DNA of 64,000 bases from Alphaproteobacteria bacterium (GTDB lineage: Bacteria; Pseudomonadota; Alphaproteobacteria; UBA2136; UBA6156), in contig JAIXQG010000002.1 of NCBI GenBank assembly GCA_027485835.1, forward strand, positions 138,232 to 202,231. The letters run 5' to 3'. A model generated the notes under the pieces. It saw only the letters and a list, made by a program, of their open reading frames with translations. It had not been told where the DNA came from and did not search any database. A program made the translations under genes and the position numbers. Shown here one piece after another: positions 20,616-37,211 of the stretch. Position 1 is the first letter of the stretch, and each line of letters opens with the position of its first letter.

Positions 20616-20966
20616 TTAAGCTGAGATACCGAGCTTTGCCTTGAAAAAGTTCAAGGCATCGATAGCTTCCTGCAGCGCCCGCTCTGGGCTGAGGCCGAGA
20701 GCGCGGATGTGAACGTCGGTGGAGTGCGCCGCCAGTTCAGCGGCGGCAGCGAGGAAGTCACCACGCGACGCTTGTTCCTGAGCCGCGTACATCGCGGCTT
20801 CAGGGCCGCAATTTGCGGAATCCCAATCCGTCGGTTCGACAGGAGCTGGAATGGCTTTTGTCTTCTTCACCTCATACAGGAAGCGAGCGCGAGCGCCCCC
20901 GCGTACCGGGTAAGAGGTGGCGAAGAACGAAGCGGCAGCGGCAAGATTAACAGCAGTGTTCGACAT
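20616..20966 (-). CDS. hypothetical Ala-rich protein (116 aa)
   Basis: Complete ORF bracketed by a terminator downstream and palindromes upstream. No family recognised. Confidence 0.45.
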   Translation of the reverse strand: MSNTAVNLAAAASFFATSYPVRGGARARFLYEVKKTKAIPAPVEPTDWDSANCGPEAAMYAAQEQASRGDFLAAAAELAAHSTDVHIRALGLSPERALQEAIDALNFFKAKLGISA

Positions 20967-21221
20967 GATTTTGCTCCTATGGCGTTGGTGTCGACAAAAT
21001 GATCAGTCCCTACGGGACAGAAAAACGGCTCAGTACGAGCCAGTTTCCTGTCCCGTACCTAATGGTACTGTAATTCTTTATATACAGCCTCTCCAGCCGG
21101 TTTTGAAGGCGAACTGACAGGCTTTTTTATTCGTTTTATTTCGAGTCTAATTTATTTAAAAACATACAATTAAACCTTATTAAGTATCTACTACATTAGC
21201 TTTACAGCCCTCCTTTCATGG

Positions 21222-21256
21222 TCAAAAAAGGCCCGCCGTTGCTGGCGGGCCTTGTG
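21222..21256 (-). terminator. rho-independent terminator after gcrA (aggcccgcc-agcaa-cggcgggcct + T6)
   Basis: Perfect stem followed by a T-run on the minus strand. Confidence 0.6.
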
Positions 21257-21276
21257 TCGTGATTGTGATTGGTGGT

Positions 21277-21855
21277 TTAGACCATGGGTCGGTAGCGGCT
21301 GAGGCCGCGGTCATGAAGATCCGTGAAGTGACCAATCTTGACCTTGCCATTAGAGGCTTTCAAACGCTCCAAGTGACCGACGCAGATACTTCCACCCTCT
21401 TTAGCGGCTGGGTTGCCGCAGTAGAGAGCCTGTCCGCCCAAGTCAAAGCGGTCATCGCCGGGCATAAGGTACGTTTTGCACTGACCGTCGGCCAGTTCAA
21501 GCAACGTAACCCCCCGACAGGTAAAGCTTGGCTTCGCCTCGTCTTTCTTTGGCTTTCGTGGCGTTTGGCTGCGGGGCACTACCGGTTGCAGCAGGGCGGA
21601 GTATTTGCCTCCCTTCGGACGTTTGGGTTTGGCCGCAGAGTGTGACGACTTGCCTTTTGCCGCAGGCTTTTTGGCAGAACCTGCCGCCCGCTGCTGGGTT
21701 TTGCGTGCCGGAAGCTTGAGACGATACGCCTTACCCACGACGCAATTGACGGATGGCGCCCCTAACTTTTTGGCGATTTCGCTTTTGGAAAGCCCCTCAT
21801 CCCAATACTTTTTCAGATCTTCGACCGCTTCGGCGGTCCATGAGAACTCGGACAT
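21277..21855 (-). CDS. gcrA: GcrA family cell-cycle transcriptional regulator
   Basis: 'MSEFSWTAEAVEDLKKYWDEGLSKSEIAKKLGAPSVNCVVGKAYRLKLPAR' N-terminal domain, a basic linker, and a conserved Cys-containing C-terminal domain. Confidence 0.82.
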   Translation of the reverse strand: MSEFSWTAEAVEDLKKYWDEGLSKSEIAKKLGAPSVNCVVGKAYRLKLPARKTQQRAAGSAKKPAAKGKSSHSAAKPKRPKGGKYSALLQPVVPRSQTPRKPKKDEAKPSFTCRGVTLLELADGQCKTYLMPGDDRFDLGGQALYCGNPAAKEGGSICVGHLERLKASNGKVKIGHFTDLHDRGLSRYRPMV

Positions 21856-21934
21856 GTCTTACTCCTCGTAAAGAGTCATTTAATAGGAGAAACTGGCTGC
21901 GTAGTGAGTGTTTGTAAGATGTATTTGCATAAGG

Positions 21935-21965
21935 TGCAAAAGAAAAGGGGGCTAAAGCCCCCCCT
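21935..21965 (-). terminator. rho-independent terminator (gggggggc-ttta-gccccc + T-run) after the 129-aa membrane-protein gene
   Basis: Read directly from sequence. Confidence 0.5.
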
Positions 21966-21973
21966 TCCCTCAA

Positions 21974-22363
21974 TTAAAATAGAAAACCGCTCACAAATTC
22001 CCAAACGGGCGTAAAAGGCGCCCAAAGAATTTTGATTGTCGCCCATGCGATAAGCAAGGCGCTAAAATGCATAGCTAGTAACATAAAGACACTGCAAATA
22101 TGCACCATTTCAGCCATCACTGCATAAAGCCTGAATGATTCTTCCCTAAAAAGCATCATCAGAGCCAAGAGTATCAGAAGTACTATTAAACAGGCTGAGG
22201 ACTCAATTAACATTGTCCCTCTCTGCCATGCATTTTTCTCAAGAAGTCGGTTCACATTCAGGCATTTGCCTGAGAGCTTATGCTTGCGTTTAAACCCTTT
22301 AGCCACGTTTTTTGCCTTAGAGTTCAGTTGGTTTCTTAGCTCATTTAAGAGTCCTTTTTTCAT
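21974..22363 (-). CDS. hypothetical small membrane protein (129 aa), low-GC
   Basis: Basic N-terminus plus two or three hydrophobic helices. AT-rich. Own terminator. Confidence 0.45.
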   Translation of the reverse strand: MKKGLLNELRNQLNSKAKNVAKGFKRKHKLSGKCLNVNRLLEKNAWQRGTMLIESSACLIVLLILLALMMLFREESFRLYAVMAEMVHICSVFMLLAMHFSALLIAWATIKILWAPFTPVWEFVSGFLF

Positions 22364-22539
22364 GTTGTTTTTTCCTTATGATAGACCCCACGCGCGGCTG
22401 GGGTGTGCGCCGAGAACCGTTCCTCGTATAGATTTCCTTCCGTTTTAGAGGGTTAAAATGATTATAGATTCACGCATTCTAGTTATTAGTATACACAATG
22501 AATACACCAATTCAAGTATACAAATCAGTTTGGTTCCTA

Positions 22540-22572
22540 AAAAAAGGGCCCCGTGGGGCCCCTTCTCGTTGC
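22540..22572 (-). terminator. rho-independent terminator after rpoC (ggggcccc-acg-gggcccttttttt)
   Basis: Hairpin followed by T7 immediately after the rpoC stop. Confidence 0.65.
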
Positions 22573-22578
22573 GGTCTG

Positions 22579-26703
<4,125 letters not shown>

Positions 26704-26718
26704 AGTGCCAGCCTTTCT

Positions 26719-31134
<4,416 letters not shown>

Positions 31135-31386
31135 TCTTCAACACTTGTCTACGTCTAAACAGGTGTTAGCGATTCCTGCCCCTGAAGGAGCCGGAGGGGT
31201 GCTGTGTATTCGTGTACTAGTACAACAGCACGACACCGCGCTAAAATCCGCGGAGATAGACGGTTATTAGGCCTATTGCAACGCCCTGTCAAGCGGCGGT
31301 TTGTGGGATTTTTTTGGTGTATTTTCATCACGCCTTGTGGCAACGTCAAAGTCTTGTAACACCGACCCCCTTGAAAGGAGGTGACC

Positions 31387-31572
31387 ATGCTTTTTCTGCT
31401 AAACTTATTTTCGCCCAATCACTGGGAATGGAAGCCGGAGTTCACGCCTGACACTCCCCTTCATCCGCTCCTAAAGTGGATTGCATGCGCGTTGCTTACC
31501 TATCTCGCCGTCTATCTGGTGTTCCTGATGCAAGCCCCCATCCGTGGCGTTATGAATCTGATTTTCTCCTAA
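31387..31572 (+). CDS. hypothetical small single-TM protein (61 aa)
   Basis: Strong SD (aaggaggtgacc ATG) with a hydrophobic core. Located antisense to the rpoB 5' region. Confidence 0.35.
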   Translation: MLFLLNLFSPNHWEWKPEFTPDTPLHPLLKWIACALLTYLAVYLVFLMQAPIRGVMNLIFS

Positions 31573-31589
31573 CACACGAGGATCATAAC

Positions 31590-31757
31590 ATGTCCCACGA
31601 TATTCCTCCCGACGTGCCGGATAGATATACTATCCGCCTGCCCTTCCTTGGCTGTTTTCGGTCACCGCTACCGGCCAATGTATGGATCTTAGCCGCCATT
31701 TGCGGCGCCACCGTGCTGTATGGCTATAGCGCCATGATGCGCGGCGATTTTTTCTAA
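31590..31757 (+). CDS. hypothetical small single-TM protein (55 aa)
   Basis: SD (gagga) 7 nt upstream of the ATG. Hydrophobic helix. A rho-independent terminator follows. Confidence 0.35.
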   Translation: MSHDIPPDVPDRYTIRLPFLGCFRSPLPANVWILAAICGATVLYGYSAMMRGDFF

Positions 31758-31767
31758 AGTAGCGCGT

Positions 31768-31795
31768 ACGGCCCGAAAGGGCCGCTTTTTTTGGC
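31768..31795 (+). terminator. rho-independent terminator (cggccc-gaaa-gggccg + T7)
   Basis: Read directly from sequence. Confidence 0.55.
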
Positions 31796-31797
31796 CG

Positions 31798-32106
31798 TTA
31801 AACCGCCGCGTTTGGCTTGGCCCCGCGCTTGATGATGGAGAGATACCCGCCATTACCGCGACTGAGAAAGCGCGCGACGCGGGTGACGGTGGCAAGGGCG
31901 ATTCCGGTACGCGAAGCTACGTCCCGCTGGCTAAGACCCTGATGCAGCAAGCGTGCGGCATGCCAGCGGTCGGCAAAGGCGGCAATTTCGGTCGGCGTGC
32001 AGAGGTCGGCCAAAAAGGCTTTTACCTCTTCCGGAGTTTCTAACATCAGAAATGCGGCATAGAGGTCGGATTCCGACGGCTGATGGTGGGCGAGGTCTTT
32101 TTTCAT
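31798..32106 (-). CDS. YerC/YecD-family TrpR-like DNA-binding protein
   Basis: 102 aa with 'LCTPTEIAAFADRWHAARLL.QGLSQRDVASRTGIALATVTRVARFL', a trp-repressor-like HTH. It sits between rplL and rpoB. Confidence 0.7.
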   Translation of the reverse strand: MKKDLAHHQPSESDLYAAFLMLETPEEVKAFLADLCTPTEIAAFADRWHAARLLHQGLSQRDVASRTGIALATVTRVARFLSRGNGGYLSIIKRGAKPNAAV

Positions 32107-32149
32107 TTCTTATATAGTAGCAGATTGACGAAGATGGGATAGTGTATTA

Positions 32150-32171
32150 ATGTAATATTACGTTATTACAT
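32150..32171. promoter_or_regulatory. perfect 8-bp inverted repeat ATGTAATA-N6-TATTACAT in the divergent yerC / small-ORF intergenic region (candidate operator)
   Basis: Read directly from sequence. A TTGACG -35-like hexamer lies at 32129. Confidence 0.4.
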
Positions 32172-32187
32172 GCGGAGATCTGTAAAA

Positions 32188-32358
32188 ATGCATCTATTCT
32201 TTTCCACCCCCCTCAAACCTATTACCTCTAAAGAAGAAGCCGTGCGTCGCGTCAAAGCCATCATGAAGCGCAAGGAGGCGGCCGAGATTTGCGACGTTCC
32301 GGTCACCGACGAGCCTTTGCGCGAGCTTCCCAGTCACCTTCGTGACCGCGGCCTTTAA
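32188..32358 (+). CDS. hypothetical small protein (56 aa)
   Basis: SD ggaga 9 nt upstream. A terminator lies at 32376-32412. Divergent from yerC. Confidence 0.3.
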   Translation: MHLFFSTPLKPITSKEEAVRRVKAIMKRKEAAEICDVPVTDEPLRELPSHLRDRGL

Positions 32359-32375
32359 GCGCCCCTCCCCTTATT

Positions 32376-32412
32376 ACCCCGCAAGAGCTTTCAGCTTCTG
32401 CGGGGTTTTTCT
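32376..32412 (+). terminator. rho-independent terminator (ccccgcaagagctttcagcttctgcgggg + ttttt)
   Basis: Read directly from sequence. Confidence 0.45.
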
Positions 32413-32434
32413 ATCTAAGCCAATCTAACCCTAT

Positions 32435-32462
32435 AAAAAAACGGGCCAGAGGCCCGTTTTCC
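32435..32462 (-). terminator. rho-independent terminator after rplL (aacgggcc-tct-ggcccgtt + T7)
   Basis: Perfect stem plus T-run on the minus strand directly after the rplL stop. Confidence 0.65.
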
Positions 32463-32477
32463 CGAAACCGGTTAGAA

Positions 32478-32843
32478 CTACTTGAGTTCAACCTTGGCGC
32501 CAGCTGCTTCCAGCTTGGCCTTGATTTCTTCAGCGTCCTTCTTGGCAACGCCTTCCTTAACGACTTGCGGAGCGCCTTCAACGAGGTCCTTGGCTTCCTT
32601 GAGGCCCAGACCGGTCAGCTCACGAACAGCCTTGATCACGTCGATCTTCTTGTCGCCAGCGGCGGCCAGGGTCACGGTGAACTCGGTTTGCTCTTCAGCA
32701 GCCGGGCCAGCAGCAGCCATAACAGCTACCGGAGCAGCGGCGGATACGCCCCACTTTTCTTCCAGCATTTTGCTCAGTTCAGCAGCTTCCATAACGGTCA
32801 GGGTGCTGAGGGTTTCTACGATTTGTTGCAGGTTTGCAGACAT
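32478..32843 (-). CDS. rplL: 50S ribosomal protein L7/L12
   Basis: 121 aa with the conserved bL12 CTD '[38 protein letters not shown]'. Confidence 0.97.
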   Translation of the reverse strand: MSANLQQIVETLSTLTVMEAAELSKMLEEKWGVSAAAPVAVMAAAGPAAEEQTEFTVTLAAAGDKKIDVIKAVRELTGLGLKEAKDLVEGAPQVVKEGVAKKDAEEIKAKLEAAGAKVELK

Positions 32844-32866
32844 TTTAGTTTCCTTTAATTAAGAGA

Positions 32867-33361
32867 TTAGGCCGCAGCGGCTTCCGAGGTCTTCTCGGAG
32901 TACGCCTTGGTAACACGGGCCAGCTGGCCACCCGGCGCTTGCAGCACACCAATAATCTTGGCGCGAGCTTCGTCGAGGGTCGGAAGTTGGCTGATGGTCT
33001 TCACTTCGGCGGCGCTGAGCACCTTACCGTTCATGGAGCCGCCAACGATGACCAGCTTGTTGTTGGTGTCAGCGAACTTCTGGCTGATACGGGACGGTGC
33101 GATTTCGTCCGCGCTGAATGCGAGGACGGTCGGGCCGACCATAATGCTGGAGAGTTCTTCAAAGGCGGTGCCCTTAAATGCCAGCTTTGCCAGACGGTTT
33201 TTAGCCACCTGTACTTCGCCACCGGCTTCGCGCATCTGGCGACGCAGTTGGCTCATTTCCTTCACGGTCAGACCACGGTAGTGGGCCACCACGAGGGACT
33301 TGGCCGATGCGATACGCTCGGACAGGCTGCCGATAAAGGCTTGTTTCTGGGTACGATCCAT
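32867..33361 (-). CDS. rplJ: 50S ribosomal protein L10
   Basis: 164 aa uL10. Confidence 0.95.
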   Translation of the reverse strand: MDRTQKQAFIGSLSERIASAKSLVVAHYRGLTVKEMSQLRRQMREAGGEVQVAKNRLAKLAFKGTAFEELSSIMVGPTVLAFSADEIAPSRISQKFADTNNKLVIVGGSMNGKVLSAAEVKTISQLPTLDEARAKIIGVLQAPGGQLARVTKAYSEKTSEAAAA

Positions 33362-33590
33362 AGAGGATTCCCTTCCACTTGGTTACTTTGCCTACGCACC
33401 CCATGTGCGCATGCACACCAGTCTGAATTTCTGTGGAAACATCGCAGCCCCCTAAACAGGAGTGCGGATATTGCCCCTCGGTTGGAAATTAAGCCCCGCA
33501 ATTCGTTCAACAAATTACGTACCATGGGCGCCAACGGTCTTCAGGTGTTGGTGGCTCTATACGGGCCCACACCTGATATGTAAAGCAAAA
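33362..33590 (-). promoter_or_regulatory. rplJ 5' leader (probable L10(L12)4 autoregulatory leader and promoter)
   Basis: 228-nt untranslated region between a terminator and rplJ. Assigned by position only. Confidence 0.3.
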
Positions 33591-33596
33591 AAAGCA

Positions 33597-33626
33597 CCCG
33601 CATACGCTGCGGGTGCCCTTCTCTAC
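33597..33626 (-). terminator. rho-independent terminator after the PCP-like gene (gcacccgcatacgctgcgggtgc + T7)
   Basis: Read directly from sequence on the minus strand. Confidence 0.5.
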
Positions 33627-33637
33627 TTATATATAGC

Positions 33638-35242
33638 TTAATCCAGCTTGGCTTTTAAAGTCGCCTTGCGCAGCATGCGGGCCAGCGGAGGCACAACTTT
33701 GGCCAAACGGTCTGCCAACTGGCCCAGCAACTGGCGGCGGCTCAGCACAAACTGCATGTTCAGCACCACACCCAGCAGTGGGGCACCTACCAGCAGCAAG
33801 CTATCGGTGGCGCGCTTAAGCTCGGACTGTGTGGTGACACCCGCTTGCGCCAGCAGCAGCGTGCGAGCACTTGCAGAAGCGACAGCAACAGCATCCACAT
33901 TCCCGCGGTTCACGGCGGCCAGCGGGCTACCATCCACAATCACGATATCGGCCATGTCGGTCAGCATATCGAACAGTACCGGCAAACCACCCGCCTCGCC
34001 CAGCTTGCTCAGGGTTTCCGGATGGCGCGGTGCGGCCAGAAGCTTCATATTCTCGTTACCGGGCATGGGTTGCAAAGCATCCCAGCCGCCTTTTTTGGGT
34101 TTGGCGCCCTTCGGCAATTCCCAGTTACCATCGCCCAAGCCCAGCCATTGGCTCAGCATACGGTCACGCAGGTTCATATCGACCAGAATCACGGTTTTAC
34201 CTTGCTCAGATGTCCGTTCCGCCAACAGCAGGGCCAGCGTGCTGCTGCCTTCCGAGCCCTTCGGCCCCAAAACCACTAACGGCCCACGCAGGTTGCGCAC
34301 CAGAGAGCGGTGCAGGCGGCCGAGCTCACTGAACTCCGACGGGCGCAGCTTTTTGCCACCGGCCATCACATGCAGACCGCGCGGGGTAATATTCAGTTTG
34401 CCCAGCCACGGCAGGGTACCCACAACTTGCATATCACTGGCCTTAGTTGCGTCATCTTCACCTTCAATCACCGCACGGTTGGCAAAGGGCAGCTTTTGCA
34501 GCAAGCCGAACAGCAGGCCACCGAGCAGACCCGCCAGAATCATGTTCGCTACAACACGGGCAGTACCTTGCAGCGGCTCACTCATCGTCGCGGTTTCGGC
34601 AAACCATACCAGCGCTTGGCTCCCGTGGCGGCCAAAGGCTAAATTCACACGGCGCAGGTCGCTTTGCAGCTGCACGGTGTCGCCCTGCAATTTTTCGCTA
34701 CGGGCGTTCAATTCCAAGCGGGTCGCTTCGTCGGCACCATCGGAGGTGGCCAAACGACCGACGATTTCTTTCAGCTCCTGCTGGTTTTGCAGAATCATCT
34801 GCTCCAAGCGCATGCGCTCCGGTGCCAGCAAGGCCTGAATAAAGTTATAGGCCAGTGCATCCGTCATCTGCTCCAAACCTTCCGGCTTGGTGCTGCGGTA
34901 GCTGATGGTCATCAAATTGTTGTTAATGACGCGCAGCGAGACCTTATCGGCCTCAATCTTACGGTGTGCATCAGCACCTGTATCTGCTAGCAATTGCGGG
35001 TTGACCAAAATCTGGCGTAAAGCTTCACCCTGACCAGGCGCGCTAATACTCTGTAACAGTGGCGATTTCGCTTGATCCGACTGCACTTGCAACAAGGCGG
35101 TAGCCTCAAATGTGGGCGGCACCTGCACGCTGTAAATTGCCGCCAGCAGAGTGAACACCACTACAGGCACACCTATTTTGACGCGCACGCGCCACATTTC
35201 TGCCAATGTATTCAAGATGATATTCATAGAGCGCGCTTTCAT
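33638..35242 (-). CDS. polysaccharide co-polymerase (Wzz/GumC/ExoP-like) protein with degenerate C-terminal BY-kinase-like ATPase domain
   Basis: 534 aa with N-terminal TM + periplasmic coiled-coil + second TM topology. C-terminal P-loop-like 'VVLGPKGSEGSSTLA' lacks the Walker-A Lys (GKS->GSS). 'VILVDMNLRD' is a degenerate Walker A'. 'DIVIVDGSP' is Walker-B-like. Confidence 0.65.
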   Translation of the reverse strand: MKARSMNIILNTLAEMWRVRVKIGVPVVVFTLLAAIYSVQVPPTFEATALLQVQSDQAKSPLLQSISAPGQGEALRQILVNPQLLADTGADAHRKIEADKVSLRVINNNLMTISYRSTKPEGLEQMTDALAYNFIQALLAPERMRLEQMILQNQQELKEIVGRLATSDGADEATRLELNARSEKLQGDTVQLQSDLRRVNLAFGRHGSQALVWFAETATMSEPLQGTARVVANMILAGLLGGLLFGLLQKLPFANRAVIEGEDDATKASDMQVVGTLPWLGKLNITPRGLHVMAGGKKLRPSEFSELGRLHRSLVRNLRGPLVVLGPKGSEGSSTLALLLAERTSEQGKTVILVDMNLRDRMLSQWLGLGDGNWELPKGAKPKKGGWDALQPMPGNENMKLLAAPRHPETLSKLGEAGGLPVLFDMLTDMADIVIVDGSPLAAVNRGNVDAVAVASASARTLLLAQAGVTTQSELKRATDSLLLVGAPLLGVVLNMQFVLSRRQLLGQLADRLAKVVPPLARMLRKATLKAKLD

Positions 35243-35488
35243 TGCGTTGTGCCTCGTGGGGCTTCTTTTTTACCGAGGGCCAAAGCCCACCTTTGTTGGT
35301 TGGATATTATAGAGAGGTGCACAAGTCTGGCAATGGTGCTGCCAGACATATCGGCAACCACGATGCACAACACCTTCATACGCTTGACACTTCCGCAACA
35401 TCAGCCTATATCGCCCTCACTACACCCGCGCGTTTAGGCGTTTAGCGGTCTGTGTAGGAGTTATATCAACGAACGGAGAGTATTAGCC

Positions 35489-35920
35489 ATGGCTAAGAAA
35501 ATCGCCGGCTTCGTCAAGCTGCAAGTGCCAGCTGGCGCCGCCAACCCGGCCCCGCCCGTAGGTCCCGCTCTGGGCCAAAAGGGTTTGAACATTATGGAAT
35601 TCTGCAAGGCCTTCAACGCTGCCACCCAGCCGCCGAAGTTTGCCGCAGGCACCCCGATTCCCGTCATCATCACCGCATACGCCGACCGTACCTTCACCTT
35701 CGAGCTGAAGACCCCGCCGGCCAGCTGGTACCTGATGCAAGCCGCCAGCATTAAAAAGGGCGCCAAAACCCCGAACGTGCCGATCGGCCAAGTTAAGCGC
35801 GCTGAAGTGAAGAAAATTGCTGAAGCCAAGATGGTCGACCTCAACGCCAACTCTGTTGAGCAAGCCATGAAGATTATTGAAGGCAGCGCCCGCTCTATGG
35901 GCCTGACCGTAGTAGACTAA
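35489..35920 (+). CDS. rplK: 50S ribosomal protein L11
   Basis: 143 aa with '[43 protein letters not shown]', uL11. Confidence 0.97.
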   Translation: MAKKIAGFVKLQVPAGAANPAPPVGPALGQKGLNIMEFCKAFNAATQPPKFAAGTPIPVIITAYADRTFTFELKTPPASWYLMQAASIKKGAKTPNVPIGQVKRAEVKKIAEAKMVDLNANSVEQAMKIIEGSARSMGLTVVD

Positions 35921-35934
35921 GGAAGGACACGACC

Positions 35935-36642
35935 ATGGCTACTAAGAAGTCCACTAAACTCACCTCCGCCAAGCCGAAAAAGGTTTTCCCGGAGTTTGAC
36001 CGCCTGAAGGCCTACAGCCTTGATGAAGCGCTGAAGCTGCTGGCTACCATGCCGGCTGCCAAGTTCGACGAATCCGTCGACGTTGCGCTGAACCTGGGCG
36101 TAGACCCCAAGTATAACGACCAAATGGTACGTGGCGTTGTGTCGCTGCCCCACGGCAACGGTAAAACCGTCCGCGTGGCCGTGTTCGCCAAGGGCGCCGC
36201 TGCCGATGAAGCCCGTGCCGCCGGTGCCGACGTTGTGGGCCTGGAAGATCTGATTGCTCAGGTTGAAAAGGGCGACATCAACTTCGACCGTGTAATCGCG
36301 ACCCCCGACTGCATGCCGCAGCTTGGTAAAATCGCCCGTATCCTCGGCCCGAAAGGCATGATGCCGAACCCAAAGCTGGGCACCGTAACCCCCAACGTGG
36401 CCAAGGCCGTGAAGGACGTTAAGGGCGGGATGATCGAGTTCAAGGTTGAAAAAGCCGGTATCATCCACGCCGGTGTCGGCAAGCGCAGCTTCTCCTCCGA
36501 CAAGCTGGCTGCCAACATCAAGGCCTTGGTAGACGCTGTGAAGGCCGCCAAGCCCTCCGGCGCCAAGAGCAACTACCTGCTGAAGCTGGCGATTACCGCC
36601 ACTCAAGCCCCTGCCATCAAGGTAGACTTGAGCAGCCTGTAA
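35935..36642 (+). CDS. rplA: 50S ribosomal protein L1
   Basis: 235 aa uL1. Confidence 0.97.
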   Translation: MATKKSTKLTSAKPKKVFPEFDRLKAYSLDEALKLLATMPAAKFDESVDVALNLGVDPKYNDQMVRGVVSLPHGNGKTVRVAVFAKGAAADEARAAGADVVGLEDLIAQVEKGDINFDRVIATPDCMPQLGKIARILGPKGMMPNPKLGTVTPNVAKAVKDVKGGMIEFKVEKAGIIHAGVGKRSFSSDKLAANIKALVDAVKAAKPSGAKSNYLLKLAITATQAPAIKVDLSSL

Positions 36643-36652
36643 GGTTCGCTTA

Positions 36653-36690
36653 CTCAAAACCCCGCTTAGGCGGGGTTTTTTGTTAAGTAA
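36653..36690 (+). terminator. rho-independent terminator after rplA (aaaccccgc-ttag-gcggggtttttt)
   Basis: Read directly from sequence. Confidence 0.65.
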
Positions 36691-36738
36691 TCATTCATTA
36701 AAGCCGCCTAAGTTGGCGGCTTTATAAAGCAATTTGAA

Positions 36739-37080
36739 TTAACCGCCCGCCTTTTCCGAAAACATCTCACGCTTGTCTTCGGCGTCGAGGTCAGCCATTT
36801 CGGCAGCCTCAGGCAGCGGGCCCTTGCTTTCGGAAATATTGGGCCAAATGGCGCTATAGCGCTGGTTGAGATTGGCCCAGTGTAGCTCGTTCGGGCCAAG
36901 CTCTTCATCCGACTTAATCGCTTCAATCGGGCATTCCGGCTCGCATACTCCGCAGTCAATGCATTCGTCCGGGTTAATTACCAGCATATTCTCGCCTTCA
37001 TAAAAGCAACTGACCGGGCAAACTTCCACGCAATCGGTATAGCGGCATTTAATGCATTTTCCGGTAACGACGAACGGCAT
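36739..37080 (-). CDS. fdxA: 7Fe ferredoxin (Azotobacter FdxA-type, [3Fe-4S][4Fe-4S])
   Basis: Start at [51 protein letters not shown], preceded by an aaggagag SD. Two Cys clusters. Confidence 0.88.
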   Translation of the reverse strand: MPFVVTGKCIKCRYTDCVEVCPVSCFYEGENMLVINPDECIDCGVCEPECPIEAIKSDEELGPNELHWANLNQRYSAIWPNISESKGPLPEAAEMADLDAEDKREMFSEKAGG

Positions 37081-37211
37081 GATTCTCTCCTTGAATTTCG
37101 GCACATGGTTACCCTCATTCATGCCGCTTGGCAACAGGGGGCACGCTTGCTTGCAGCCTCATATGTGTGAACGCGGGACTTGCCTGCCATTTCGGGGTAA
37201 CTTACCACAAA

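Noticed and set aside
21868-21883. CtrA box upstream of gcrA
   Set aside because: Only a one-mismatch half-site (TTAA-N7-TTTAC). Too weak to call as a feature, so it is mentioned only inside a finding.
33648-34838. 396-aa plus-strand ORF inside the PCP-like gene
   Set aside because: Antisense shadow ORF. The minus-strand product has coherent Wzz-like topology.
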